This document shows positions 39,132 to 49,209 of a stretch of DNA of 59,858 bases, one piece after another. The translations under genes and the position numbers were made by a program. Source of the stretch: Pseudobdellovibrionaceae bacterium (GTDB lineage Bacteria > Bdellovibrionota > Bdellovibrionia > Bdellovibrionales > UBA1609). The DNA lies in assembly GCA_030591685.1 (NCBI GenBank), contig JAUVAX010000013.1, forward strand, positions 1-59,858, given 5' to 3'. Positions within the stretch are counted from its first letter, which is position 1. Every line of letters begins with the position of its first letter. The notes under the pieces are model-generated. The model saw only the letters and a list, made by a program, of their open reading frames with translations. It did not search any database and was not told the DNA's origin.

Positions 39132-40718
39132 ATGATGAATCCAACAACACTTGCCATGGTATTTTTAGGTGTGGCCTCTGGGTTTGGCGCTTGTTTTGTT
39201 ATTTTAATGATGTATAAAAAATCACAAGATAAGCGAAGAAAAGACGAGGCGACAAAAGAAGCAGACAGGATTGTTCAACGAGCAAAGTCCCAAGCTTCGA
39301 AAGTAGACAGAGACTCTAAAAAGAAGGCTAAAGACTTTGAAACAAGAGCACGTAGAAATGCTGAGGCCGATATACGTAAACAAAAACAGGGAGTTCAAAA
39401 CACAGAAAATCAATTAAAAGAAAAACTGGATCGTTTGGACCGAGAGTATAAAAATAAAAATCAAAAACTTGAAGATGAGTTTAAAAATATCGATGAGCAA
39501 AAACAAACTCTTGCTATTGCTGAAACAAGAATCAAAGGCCTCGAAAAGGGGGCTGAAGAAAAAACTAAAGACTTGACTCGAAAAATTGAAAACATCTCAG
39601 GCTTAACCACTGAACAGGCCGAAAAAGAACTTAAAGAAAGTCTATTAGAGATTGCTGAGCGAGAAATCCATGATCAACTTATGGAAATAGAAAAAAAGGG
39701 TAAAGAAGAGGCTGAGAGTAAGGCCAAGCGAATTTTAGCTCAAGCGGTAGCTAGATATGCGAGTGAAGTTTCAACAGAACGTACAGTGACGACTATTGCC
39801 ATTTCAGGCGAAGAGATGAAGGGTAAAATTATAGGTCGTGAGGGCCGTAATATTAGAGCTCTAGAGTCTTGTTGCGGAGTGGACGTTGTTATTGATGAGT
39901 CGCCAGATTCGGTGATTATTTCTAGTTTTGACCCCGTAAGAAGAAGTGTTGCTCGGCGAAGTATAGAGCGTTTAATTGAAGATGGGCGAGTACACCCGGC
40001 CCGAATTGAAGAAGTAACAGAAAAAATCAAACAAGAAATGGTCACAGAATTTGTAGAAGAGGGCGAAAAGGCTTGTGTTGATTTAGGAGTTTTAGGGGTT
40101 AAACCTGCTGTTCAAAGTTTAATAGGTCAGTTGAAATACCGAGCCACAGAGACTCAAAACATTTATCAACATAGTTTAGAGGTGGGTTTTATTTCAGGGC
40201 TCATTGCTGGAGAAATTGGTTATGATGTCCCTCTCGCTCGGCGAGCAGGGTTGCTGCATGATATAGGTCGCTCTATTGACCATACTGTTATTGGCAGTCA
40301 TGCAAAAGTGGGTGCCGAATTTGCCAGAAAGCATGGCGAATCAAAAGAGGTGGTGAATGCCATTTTAGCCCATGAGGGAGAAAAAGAAGCCGACAGCGTA
40401 TTGTCACAAATTGTGCAGGCGGCGAATAGTCTATCTAAGGCGCGCCCAGGCGCCAGGCGTGCTCAAATGGAAAACTTCATACGTAGACTAGAGGACATAG
40501 AGAGTGTTGCAAACAGCTTTGATGGTGTAGATAGAACCTTTGCCATACAGGCGGGTAAAGAGGTTCGTGTGATGGTAGATAGTTCTAAGGTCACTGATGA
40601 ACAGGCCTCGATGTTGAGCCGTGACATTGCTAGAAAAATTGAGCGTGAGCTCAACTACCCAGGACAAGTAAAAGTAGCCGTAATACGTGAAACTCGAATT
40701 GTAGAGCACGCAAGGTAA
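39132..40718 (+). CDS. rny: ribonuclease Y
   Basis: N-terminal TM, coiled coil, KH motif [15 protein letters not shown] motif [18 protein letters not shown]. Confidence 0.96.
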   Translation: MMNPTTLAMVFLGVASGFGACFVILMMYKKSQDKRRKDEATKEADRIVQRAKSQASKVDRDSKKKAKDFETRARRNAEADIRKQKQGVQNTENQLKEKLDRLDREYKNKNQKLEDEFKNIDEQKQTLAIAETRIKGLEKGAEEKTKDLTRKIENISGLTTEQAEKELKESLLEIAEREIHDQLMEIEKKGKEEAESKAKRILAQAVARYASEVSTERTVTTIAISGEEMKGKIIGREGRNIRALESCCGVDVVIDESPDSVIISSFDPVRRSVARRSIERLIEDGRVHPARIEEVTEKIKQEMVTEFVEEGEKACVDLGVLGVKPAVQSLIGQLKYRATETQNIYQHSLEVGFISGLIAGEIGYDVPLARRAGLLHDIGRSIDHTVIGSHAKVGAEFARKHGESKEVVNAILAHEGEKEADSVLSQIVQAANSLSKARPGARRAQMENFIRRLEDIESVANSFDGVDRTFAIQAGKEVRVMVDSSKVTDEQASMLSRDIARKIERELNYPGQVKVAVIRETRIVEHAR

Positions 40719-40725
40719 GAGCGAA

Positions 40726-41946
40726 TTGATGACAAACCCTCAAGAGCAACTAAGGCAATTAAAAAAGGGTGTTGAGGATTTAATTTCTGAGAAAGAACTT
40801 TTATCTCGCCTTGAAAAAAGCCATAAAGAAAACAAGCCCTTAAGGGTAAAACTCGGATTTGACCCTTCAAGGCCAGATATTCACCTGGGTCATACGGTTG
40901 TGTTAAATAAGTTAAAACAGTTTCAGGATTTTGGTCATCAGGTCGTGTTTTTAATTGGCGACTTTACAGCGCAAATTGGAGACCCTACGGGTAAAAACGA
41001 AACAAGACCGGCCTTAACAAGGGCTGAGGTTTCAGAAAACGCAAAAACCTATGCCCAGCAAGTGTTTAAAATATTAGACGAGTCAAAAACAGAAATCCGC
41101 TACAACTCTGAGTGGATGGATAAAATGACTCCACAGGATATTGTTCATTTAACAAGCCAATACACGGTGGCTAGAATGTTAGAGCGAGATGATTTTAAAA
41201 AGCGTTATGCCGCTCAGCAGTCAATTTGTGTGCATGAGTTTTTATACCCTCTCGTTCAAGGTTACGATAGCGTTGCCTTAGATGCCGATGTTGAACTGGG
41301 AGGGACGGACCAAAGGTTTAACTTACTAGTGGGTAGAGATTTACAAAAGTCTTATGGTAAAAAACAACAGTGCGTGATGACACTTCCCCTTTTAGAGGGG
41401 CTTGATGGTGTTAAGAAGATGTCAAAAAGTTATGACAACTATATTGGTGTAGATGATACCCCTAGAGAGATGTTTGGTAAAACAATGAAGGTCTCTGACG
41501 AGTTAATGATCAGGTACTATGAACTACTCACGGATAAATCAGTCGAGGACCTTCAGAAAATGAAGAGTGATTTAGCTTCTGGAGTGCTGCACCCTAGGCA
41601 AGCTAAGGTCCGTTTAGCTCAGTTTTTTATCACTCGATTTCACGGTGAAAAGCAGGCTAAAGAGGCTGAAGAAGAGTTTAATCGAATTTTTGTAGATAAA
41701 GGTGTGCCTGATGACATGCCTGAATTTGAATGCCCCCCTGTTGATGAATATTGGGTTTGTAAGTTGTTAACAGATGCAGGGTTAACAGCCTCTAACTCTG
41801 AGGCTCGAAGAATGGTACAGTCAAACGCCGTTGAGATAAGGGGTGAGAAGGTTAAAGACCCAATGATAAAACTTAAACTTAAGCTTGGAGATGAGTTTGT
41901 CGCCAAGGTGGGTAAAAAGAAATTTGCTAAAATTAAAGTAAAGTAG
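40726..41946 (+). CDS. tyrS: tyrosine--tRNA ligase
   Basis: GFDPS..DIHLGH, GGTDQ, KMSKS, C-terminal S4-like domain. Confidence 0.97.
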   Translation: MMTNPQEQLRQLKKGVEDLISEKELLSRLEKSHKENKPLRVKLGFDPSRPDIHLGHTVVLNKLKQFQDFGHQVVFLIGDFTAQIGDPTGKNETRPALTRAEVSENAKTYAQQVFKILDESKTEIRYNSEWMDKMTPQDIVHLTSQYTVARMLERDDFKKRYAAQQSICVHEFLYPLVQGYDSVALDADVELGGTDQRFNLLVGRDLQKSYGKKQQCVMTLPLLEGLDGVKKMSKSYDNYIGVDDTPREMFGKTMKVSDELMIRYYELLTDKSVEDLQKMKSDLASGVLHPRQAKVRLAQFFITRFHGEKQAKEAEEEFNRIFVDKGVPDDMPEFECPPVDEYWVCKLLTDAGLTASNSEARRMVQSNAVEIRGEKVKDPMIKLKLKLGDEFVAKVGKKKFAKIKVK

Positions 41947-41953
41947 GTAGAGA

Positions 41954-42730
41954 ATGAAAGTACGATTTTTACCAAAAGATATTGAAGTTGAAATTAAGCC
42001 CAATCAGTCGGTCCTTGAAGTGGCCCAAGAAAATGATATTTTCATTAAATCAGTCTGTAATGGAGTCCCCAACTGTGCTGAGTGCAGAATTAGTGTCGTA
42101 GAGGGGGATCACAATGTCCTGCCCCCTTCTGGTAAAGAGTTACAGCTTATAGGCACAGCTCACTTTCTTGACCAAAGGCGTTTGTCTTGTCAGTTAAAGT
42201 GCTTTGGTGACATTGTTGTCGACCTGGGTGAGCAAGTTGAGAAAGAAGCTGCAGAAGGGTCTAAGCGCCGAATGAAGTTGGGAGTGACTAAAGAGGCTGA
42301 ACTTTCACATGCTAAAGCAGGTAATTTAATTGATCAAGATCAAGAATTGATAAAACAAGTAGATGAAGAAGTGGGCGATAGAGTTGTGGATACCGAAGGG
42401 GCTCCGAATAGAAAACGTAATGAGGACTCCTCTAGAAACAAAGAGCATAATCGCAAAAAATCTAATCGTAACAGGCCCGGAAGGGGCAAACCCCAGGGTG
42501 CAGGGAGGCCAAGACGAGCCTCTTCTCAGGGGGAGGGGGGCGACTCCTCAGGCCGAACGGAGGGGCGAAACTCTGACTCTCATCCCGGTTCAGGTAAAGA
42601 GACTTCAGGTAGTGAGCCCTCGAACAAAAATAGAAACCGAAATAGAAACCGAAACCGATCGAGAAACAGGCCAAAGGGCGAAAATTCAGGCTCTCAAGAA
42701 AGGTCAAAAAATACTCGAGAGGACAGTTAA
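41954..42730 (+). CDS. 2Fe-2S ferredoxin-domain protein with long basic disordered C-terminal tail
   Basis: C-x5-C-x2-C (CNGVPNCAEC) plus RLSCQ; Arg/Asn/Ser/Gly-rich tail. Confidence 0.85.
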   Translation: MKVRFLPKDIEVEIKPNQSVLEVAQENDIFIKSVCNGVPNCAECRISVVEGDHNVLPPSGKELQLIGTAHFLDQRRLSCQLKCFGDIVVDLGEQVEKEAAEGSKRRMKLGVTKEAELSHAKAGNLIDQDQELIKQVDEEVGDRVVDTEGAPNRKRNEDSSRNKEHNRKKSNRNRPGRGKPQGAGRPRRASSQGEGGDSSGRTEGRNSDSHPGSGKETSGSEPSNKNRNRNRNRNRSRNRPKGENSGSQERSKNTREDS

Positions 42731-42731
42731 C

Positions 42732-43229
42732 GTGAAAGCAGATGTTCATAAAATGACGTCCGAGGATATCCCGGGTTTTTATAAAATTTTATGTCAAATT
42801 ATAAAAGAAAAAATCCTTTTAATGCGATCTAAAGACCCTGTGTTTTCAGGGGTTGAGAACTTTGTAAAAGATTGTATTAGAAAAAACACAAGCCAGTTTG
42901 TTGCAAAAGTAGATGGAGAAATTGTTGGTTGGTGTGATATTGTACCTCAGCCTCGTGAAGAGCAATGTCATATTGGCAAGCTTGGTGTTGGTATTTTGCC
43001 TGAATTTAGAAAAATGGGGATAGGTAATATATTAATAAATAAATCACTTGAGCACGCCCAAAAGATGGGTATAGAAGTTGTTTTTGTAGAAACTCTTGAA
43101 CAAAACATATCAGCCATAGAGCTTTTTAAAAAATATGAATTTAAGGTTGTAGGCATCAAGGAAAAGTTTAGAAAGACCGAGCACGGTTTTGATAATATTA
43201 TTATGCTCTTACGTGTACTGCAGCACTAA
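42732..43229 (+). CDS. GNAT family N-acetyltransferase
   Basis: IVGWC, GILPEFRKMGIG acetyl-CoA motif, N.SAIELFKKYEF; GTG start directly after the ferredoxin stop. Confidence 0.88.
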   Translation: MKADVHKMTSEDIPGFYKILCQIIKEKILLMRSKDPVFSGVENFVKDCIRKNTSQFVAKVDGEIVGWCDIVPQPREEQCHIGKLGVGILPEFRKMGIGNILINKSLEHAQKMGIEVVFVETLEQNISAIELFKKYEFKVVGIKEKFRKTEHGFDNIIMLLRVLQH

Positions 43230-43475
43230 ATAGTATTTTAAAAGCATAAAAAACTTTGAAACATATAAAAAAGTACTCAGACCTAACGACTTTTAATGGT
43301 AATCAGTCGTGGGAAAAATAGAACTTAGATTTTAACTTACAGATAGTGTAAGTATTAACGGCTGGCTAAAAAGAAAGCTGTACAATCAAGTTTGAACAGT
43401 CGCACTTTAAAGCTCATTTCAGTTAGAAATTTTTTTTAGACTAGCCATACATTAATATTGTATTTGATGAATTCA

Positions 43476-43802
43476 TTAAACAGCAAAAGAGGAGCCGCAG
43501 CTACATTTTTTTACAGCATTAGGGTTGTTGAAAACAAACCCGGCACCGTTAAGCCCACCTTCGTAATCAAGGGTCATGCCTAAAACGTAGAGCATGCTTT
43601 TAGTGTCGATGACGACTTTTGTATTGTGGTATTCAAAAATTTTATCTTCTTGGCCCGTTTTAGTGTCAAAATCGAGCTTATAAGAAAACCCGGAACAACC
43701 ACCCGTTTCTACGCGAACTCGTAATAATGAGTCGTTTGGCATTTCGTCTTCAGTCTTTAGGGTCTGTATTTTTTTGGCCGCAGCCTCAGTAATTTGAATC
43801 AT
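43476..43802 (-). CDS. iscA: A-type Fe-S carrier (IscA/HesB family)
   Basis: GGCSGFSY, LDY, FNNPNA..CSCGSSF. Confidence 0.93.
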   Translation of the reverse strand: MIQITEAAAKKIQTLKTEDEMPNDSLLRVRVETGGCSGFSYKLDFDTKTGQEDKIFEYHNTKVVIDTKSMLYVLGMTLDYEGGLNGAGFVFNNPNAVKKCSCGSSFAV

Positions 43803-43878
43803 TAGATACCTCTATATCAATACTACAATTATAGCAAATAAAGCTTAATATTTATACATGTTTTTAACATGAAACTAA

Positions 43879-45069
43879 CTAGTAAGATGCTGAAATGTCA
43901 GCTTTTTTTAAGAGACCTTTTAGTTTTTGAATAACAGTGTTTATTTCGTCCTCTGTTGTAAAGCGCCCCAGGCCTAATCGTATAGTAGACCGGGCCAGTT
44001 GATCACTCAGGCCAATGGCTTTTAAAACATAACTGGGCGCTGTAGAGTCTGAAGAACAGGCGGAGTTAGAGCTAAAAGCAATCCCTGATAAATCACAAGC
44101 AAACTGTCCAGGCTGTATATCAGAAAAGGTTAAGCTGATGTTATTACATAGCCGACTTGTGGGGTGGCCATTTAGCTTTATAGAAGGTGATAAAGGTAAA
44201 ATAGCATTAAGGAGTGTCTCCCTTAACTTTTTAATATGTGCCCGGTCCTCTTGTTTTTGGGTCATGGCTATTTCAAGTGCGGCCCCTAGGCCAACAATTC
44301 CAGGTACATTGAGGGTGCCGGGGCGAAGACCAGCCTCTTGTGAACCGCCGTGTTGCAGCGGGGTTAAATTAACTTCAGGGTTTTTACCTCTAACATAAAG
44401 TGCCCCAACTCCCTTGGGCCCATAGATTTTATGAGCAGAAATGCTGAGTAGGTCTATGCCCATGCTGTCCACGTCGATGTCTATTTTACCACAGGCTTGT
44501 GCGGCATCGGTGTGAAAGAGAATATTGTGTTTTTTAGAAAGAGCACCAATTTCATGGATTGGGTTAATAGTGCCAATTTCATTGTTTGCAAAAATAATAC
44601 TAATGAGCTTTGTATTACTTTTAATAGCATTTTTAATGGACTCTACAGAGCAGATGCCGTGCTCATCGACCGGTAAGTAGGTCACTTCAACGCCCCAATT
44701 TTCAAGGTAACTTAAGACTTCATGGACGCATTTATGCTCAACAGAGGTTGTTATCACGTGGGGCTTTTGTTTTGAGCCGGTTGAGGGGCAAAGGACTTTA
44801 TAACAAACCCCCTTGAGGGCCATGTTGTTGCTTTCAGTCGCACCACTTGTAAAGTAAATATCTTCGGGTCTTGCTGAAATAGATGAGGCGACATGTTTTC
44901 GGGCTTGGCTAACAGCAGCACTGGCCTCCCAACCATAGGAGTGCGAGGAGCTGGAGGCATTACCAAACTTTTCACAAAAATACGGCTCCATGATTTTTTG
45001 TACTTTTGGATCCGTAGGGGTTGTGGCGTTATAGTCTAAATATATGGGTTGTGAGGCACCTTTTTTCAT
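43879..45069 (-). CDS. iscS: cysteine desulfurase (IscS/NifS group I)
   Basis: YLDYNATTP, FTSGATESNN, HTDAAQ, SAHKIYGPKG, SSNSAC. Confidence 0.92.
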   Translation of the reverse strand: MKKGASQPIYLDYNATTPTDPKVQKIMEPYFCEKFGNASSSSHSYGWEASAAVSQARKHVASSISARPEDIYFTSGATESNNMALKGVCYKVLCPSTGSKQKPHVITTSVEHKCVHEVLSYLENWGVEVTYLPVDEHGICSVESIKNAIKSNTKLISIIFANNEIGTINPIHEIGALSKKHNILFHTDAAQACGKIDIDVDSMGIDLLSISAHKIYGPKGVGALYVRGKNPEVNLTPLQHGGSQEAGLRPGTLNVPGIVGLGAALEIAMTQKQEDRAHIKKLRETLLNAILPLSPSIKLNGHPTSRLCNNISLTFSDIQPGQFACDLSGIAFSSNSACSSDSTAPSYVLKAIGLSDQLARSTIRLGLGRFTTEDEINTVIQKLKGLLKKADISASY

Positions 45070-45314
45070 CGACTAGGACTATAATGTTGTTGGTGGGCCG
45101 AGTCGATGAAAAAACTACTTTTTTTAAAACCTAACCTTGGGCTCCGTAGCCCTTAAATTATCACCAGTGAGTGGGTCATTGAGTCACCACAAGTGTGCTT
45201 AAAAAATGTCATATTTACTAGGAGGGGGCGATAAAGTTACTTGGTGCGTTCAAACTAGTCCTGGCTTGCGAATTATGCTTAAATAGCCACTTATATTCAA
45301 GCGAGGCTTACTGA

Positions 45315-46511
45315 GTGGACTATAGAACATTAGACTTATTTAATCCCACAGAAGAGCATAAAATGCTCAGACAGATGGTGAGGGACTTTGTAGTGGCCGA
45401 GGTAGAGCCTCAGGCACTCGAATACGACAGGAAAGAGCAATTCAACAAGACTTTATTTAGAAAACTAGGCGAGCTCGGTTTACTAGGCATTACTGTGGAT
45501 GAACAGTACGGTGGTTCTGGGATGGACGCCACAGCGGCGTGCATTGTACATGAAGAACTCTCGGCCTCTGACCCGGGGTTTGCGCTGGCCTATTTGGCTC
45601 ACTCAATGTTGTGTGTAAATAGTTTATCGGTGAACGGTAGTGAAGAGCAAAAAAGAAAGTACCTGCCTAACCTTTGCACGGGAGAGTTTATTGGGTGCAT
45701 GGCCTTAAGTGAGCCACATGTGGGGACCGATGTTTTTGGAATGAAAACCACTGCTGAAAAACAAAGCGATCTGTATAATATTAACGGTCAGAAGATGTGG
45801 ATCACTAATGGTGTCATTGATGAGGCCGGTACACCGGCAGATTTAGTTTGGGTGTATGCCGTTACTGGTAAAAATGAGCAGGGCAGATCCCTGTTATCCA
45901 CATTTATTGTGGATAAATCCCATGCTGGATATAGCGTTGGTCAAAAGATCAAGGACAAGGCCGGTATGCGTGGATCTAATACTGCAGAGTTGGTTTTTAA
46001 AGACTGTAAGGTCTCAAAAGAGCAAATGATAGGCAAGGAGGGTGATTCGGTTCACCATTTAATGCAGGGCCTAGAGATTGAGCGATTAACTTTGGCTGCG
46101 ATGAGCATAGGTATTGCTCGGCGAAGTTTACAGGTTATGACAAAATACGCTCAAGAAAGAGAGTCTTTTGGACGATCGATTAATAAATTTGGGCAAATCC
46201 AAAAATATATAGCAGAGAGTTATGCTCAATACATGTCGGCTAAAACTTATGTTTATGATGTTTCTCGAAAAATAAATATTTTAAAAACAGGCCAACGCTT
46301 AGACACTGACGGGGCTAAATTACTCGCTACCACTATGGGTAAAACTGTAGCTGACAATGCCATACAGGTTTTGGGGGGGTACGGCTATGTGGGGGAATAT
46401 GTAGTTGAAAGACTCTGGAGAGATGCTAAGCTTTTAGAAATAGGTGGGGGTACCATAGAGTCTCACCAAAAAAACATTACTAAAGATTTAAGACCAGAGC
46501 ATATTATTTAA
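45315..46511 (+). CDS. acyl-CoA dehydrogenase, isovaleryl-CoA dehydrogenase-like
   Basis: ALSEP..GTD, NGQKMWITNG, GMRGSNTAELVF, VLGGYGY, RDAKLLEIGGGT. Confidence 0.92.
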   Translation: MDYRTLDLFNPTEEHKMLRQMVRDFVVAEVEPQALEYDRKEQFNKTLFRKLGELGLLGITVDEQYGGSGMDATAACIVHEELSASDPGFALAYLAHSMLCVNSLSVNGSEEQKRKYLPNLCTGEFIGCMALSEPHVGTDVFGMKTTAEKQSDLYNINGQKMWITNGVIDEAGTPADLVWVYAVTGKNEQGRSLLSTFIVDKSHAGYSVGQKIKDKAGMRGSNTAELVFKDCKVSKEQMIGKEGDSVHHLMQGLEIERLTLAAMSIGIARRSLQVMTKYAQERESFGRSINKFGQIQKYIAESYAQYMSAKTYVYDVSRKINILKTGQRLDTDGAKLLATTMGKTVADNAIQVLGGYGYVGEYVVERLWRDAKLLEIGGGTIESHQKNITKDLRPEHII

Positions 46512-46519
46512 ATAAGGAG

Positions 46520-46987
46520 ATGGTTATGTCTATAGGTGACGACAATTTGTTTGATGAACTTAAAAGAACACTCGACCTAGAGGACAGTGATTTAGACACA
46601 GAGTCAGAAAAAGAGGACGAAGAAGTCGTTTTAGATTTTAGTAATTTAAATGTATCCACTAAGCTTTTAGAAAGGCGTGGGAACGACCGTTATAATTACA
46701 ATGACCCCGTGATTTTGAGTGATGAATTTTCAAAAAATCACTTTAAATTTAATGCAATGAATATTAGCCGTAACGGCATATGCTTAATGGCCACTAGAGG
46801 AAAGTTTTTTCTAATGTCCAAGCACAAGATTACACTTGTTGATGAGAACGATGAAACTATTGGCACTTTTTCTGGTAAAATTGTACGCTTAATAAACGAT
46901 AAAGAAACGAACTACCAAATACTGGGTATTTCAATAACCGAAAGGTCCCCAGAGGCCGCTGCCTTTATCAAATCAATGCTCAAGTAA
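46520..46987 (+). CDS. PilZ-domain c-di-GMP receptor with acidic N-terminus
   Basis: RxxxR (ERRGNDR) and NxSxxG (NISRNG) motifs. Confidence 0.8.
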   Translation: MVMSIGDDNLFDELKRTLDLEDSDLDTESEKEDEEVVLDFSNLNVSTKLLERRGNDRYNYNDPVILSDEFSKNHFKFNAMNISRNGICLMATRGKFFLMSKHKITLVDENDETIGTFSGKIVRLINDKETNYQILGISITERSPEAAAFIKSMLK

Positions 46988-47009
46988 GTCGTATTTTGTA
47001 CGTAGTCCC

Positions 47010-47408
47010 TTAGACCTTTTGACGAGATTTTTTTTTGTCACTATGGGCTTTTTTTTGTTGAAGTCGCTTTTCGACAGAGGATTTAGTAGGCCTTGTTGGC
47101 CTTCTTTTTTTAGGAGGGCGCAAGACCGAGTTCACCATTTTGTGGAGTTTCTCTGTGCAGTCGGTAGTGTTTCTGGCCTGTGAGCGAAAGCGCTGACTTG
47201 TGATCTGTAGAGTGCCGTCTAATTGAATTCTAGAAGTAAATTTATGAATAAAACGCTCTTTAACCGCTTTTGATAGAGACGTTGATTTATTAACGTCCCA
47301 AATTAATGAGACCTTAGTGTTTGTTTTATTGACCTTTTGCCCGCCAGGGCCAGATGATTTAGAGTAAAAAAAGTGCAGTTCGCTGATGGGGATTTTTATT
47401 TCACTCAA
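47010..47408 (-). CDS. arfB: alternative ribosome rescue peptidyl-tRNA hydrolase ArfB
   Basis: SSGPGGQKVNK, RSQARN, basic tail RRPTRPTKSS..KRL. Confidence 0.94.
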   Translation of the reverse strand: MSEIKIPISELHFFYSKSSGPGGQKVNKTNTKVSLIWDVNKSTSLSKAVKERFIHKFTSRIQLDGTLQITSQRFRSQARNTTDCTEKLHKMVNSVLRPPKKRRPTRPTKSSVEKRLQQKKAHSDKKKSRQKV

Positions 47409-47439
47409 AATTTACCCCACTTATGTTTAATAAAAAATA

Positions 47440-48225
47440 CTATATAATTTCGCCATCTTTGACGGTTTGTTTAGGAAGTATTACCGTGTGGGGTTTTACA
47501 AGAGCCTTCTCCCCAATGGTCACCCCACCCATTATACTAGCTTTCAGGCCAATATTGGCGCCTTTTTTTATGACAACAGGGGATATAATTAAAACCCCCT
47601 TTTGACCATAGTGTGCAAAAATATGTGCCGAGCCACCGATGGTGACATAGTCCTCTAAAGTAATCAGTGCTGGGTCTGAAATGTTCGTTGTATTAATCAC
47701 AACACCCTTGCCGATTTTCATACCCATCATTCTGTAAAAAAGGATGTTTAAAGGCGTGGGTGTAACAAACTCTAGAAAGGAGTAGCGTACAATATACGTG
47801 AGTGCATTATGAACGTACCAAGGTATGGCGGGGAGTGAAAACCAAATCCCCCTCCAAGGTTTCACCCTGAAGGGCATTAAAAAATTCATAGTTGGAGCTA
47901 TAAAAATTAAACTCACTCCAAATAAAAAATAACCCATAGAGAGTGAAAGACCAAGGGCTACATAATGAAAGACCTCGGGCCAAGCACTTGTAAAAGAGTT
48001 AACTGTAGTGAATAAGTAAATGCCAGGGACGGTGGCAAGCCCTAAAGAAAAGGTACAAATAAGAATAACAGGGGATAAAAGTATCCCAAAAGAAAGAGTT
48101 CTAAAGCGCCTTAAAAAAGTTTCAATAAGGCCGTATAAGCCAGGGATGTCAGAAGTGATTCGTTCACGGTTAAATTTTTTATTTGATTTTTGAGTTTCAA
48201 GGTCATCCACTTTCTTAAGTGCCAC
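47440..48225 (-). CDS. membrane-anchored hexapeptide-repeat (LbH) acyltransferase-like protein
   Basis: TM helices followed by GMKIGKGVVI, LITLEDYVTIG, VVIKKGANIG, GGVTIGE. Confidence 0.75.
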   Translation of the reverse strand: MALKKVDDLETQKSNKKFNRERITSDIPGLYGLIETFLRRFRTLSFGILLSPVILICTFSLGLATVPGIYLFTTVNSFTSAWPEVFHYVALGLSLSMGYFLFGVSLIFIAPTMNFLMPFRVKPWRGIWFSLPAIPWYVHNALTYIVRYSFLEFVTPTPLNILFYRMMGMKIGKGVVINTTNISDPALITLEDYVTIGGSAHIFAHYGQKGVLIISPVVIKKGANIGLKASIMGGVTIGEKALVKPHTVILPKQTVKDGEII

Positions 48226-48335
48226 GGCAGGCTCCTTTTTACTGTTAGTACTTAATTATAATATATTTTTAAGCTGAGGTCATAACACGTAAAGCCCTAA
48301 GTCTAGGACTTACCAGAGTATAAAAGTAAGGGGGC

Positions 48336-49163
48336 TTAAGTTGAGTAGTGATTTAGAAGGTTCTTGGCCCATAGGAGCCGCTCAGGGTTGTGATATTTCT
48401 CATACCCAAGTGAAAGGATTTTGAGTTTGATTACGATCTCTGATTTAGCTTGAGTGCATCGTTGGTTTTTTAGCGACTTATTTTGGATTAGTTTATGTAG
48501 AGCTTGGACCCTCCAGTAATCAAGGTCTCTCAGGTTTGAAAGTTGGTCAATGGCTCCGGCATGTTTTTTTATAAGTGGCTTATTAACAAGCCCGACATTT
48601 TCTAAAATGCAAACTCTCAGCCAGAGTTCGTAATCTTCGCAAGCCGGGTAACTTTCGTCAAATCCGTTTAGAGATTTTAAAAATTGTGTATTAATGAGTA
48701 CGGTAGAGGGGCCAATAACACACCTTTGAGTCGCTCGTAAAAAGAGATCCCCTGAATTTTTTAAATATTTTTTGTGAACAGGGACAGGGGTGTTATTTCT
48801 AAACCAGAGTTCTTCAGTGTGTATGACTTTAATTTGGGGGTGATCTTTAGAAAACATAATTTGCTCTTCAAGTTTAGTAGGCAGCCATTCATCGTCAGAG
48901 TCCAAAAAGGCCACCCATTTTTTATTTGAAATTTGAAGGCCCAGGTTTCGGGCCGTACTTACACCGGCATTTTTTTGATATAAAACTTTAAAAGAGCAGG
49001 GGAATGCACTTTGAGAGAGCCATTCAAAGGTGCCATCTGTAGAGCCGTCATCAACTATGATCAGTTCATAATTTTTATAAGTCTGTGATAGGACTGAGTT
49101 TATGGCGCGCTCTAATAGAGATCGCCTTTGAAAACTAGGTATAATTATTGAAACCATAGGCAA
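48336..49163 (-). CDS. glycosyltransferase family 2
   Basis: VSIIIP, VDDGSTD, ARNLG, FLDSDD, EDYELWLR. Confidence 0.92.
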   Translation of the reverse strand: MPMVSIIIPSFQRRSLLERAINSVLSQTYKNYELIIVDDGSTDGTFEWLSQSAFPCSFKVLYQKNAGVSTARNLGLQISNKKWVAFLDSDDEWLPTKLEEQIMFSKDHPQIKVIHTEELWFRNNTPVPVHKKYLKNSGDLFLRATQRCVIGPSTVLINTQFLKSLNGFDESYPACEDYELWLRVCILENVGLVNKPLIKKHAGAIDQLSNLRDLDYWRVQALHKLIQNKSLKNQRCTQAKSEIVIKLKILSLGYEKYHNPERLLWAKNLLNHYST

Positions 49164-49209
49164 AATACCATGTACAACAGGGCGTACTTTTTTAAGGGTA
49201 GGGTTTAGC

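Noticed and set aside
42363..42731. N-terminal extension of the GNAT ORF in the track
   Set aside because: Overlaps the ferredoxin tail in another frame; the real start is probably GTG 42732
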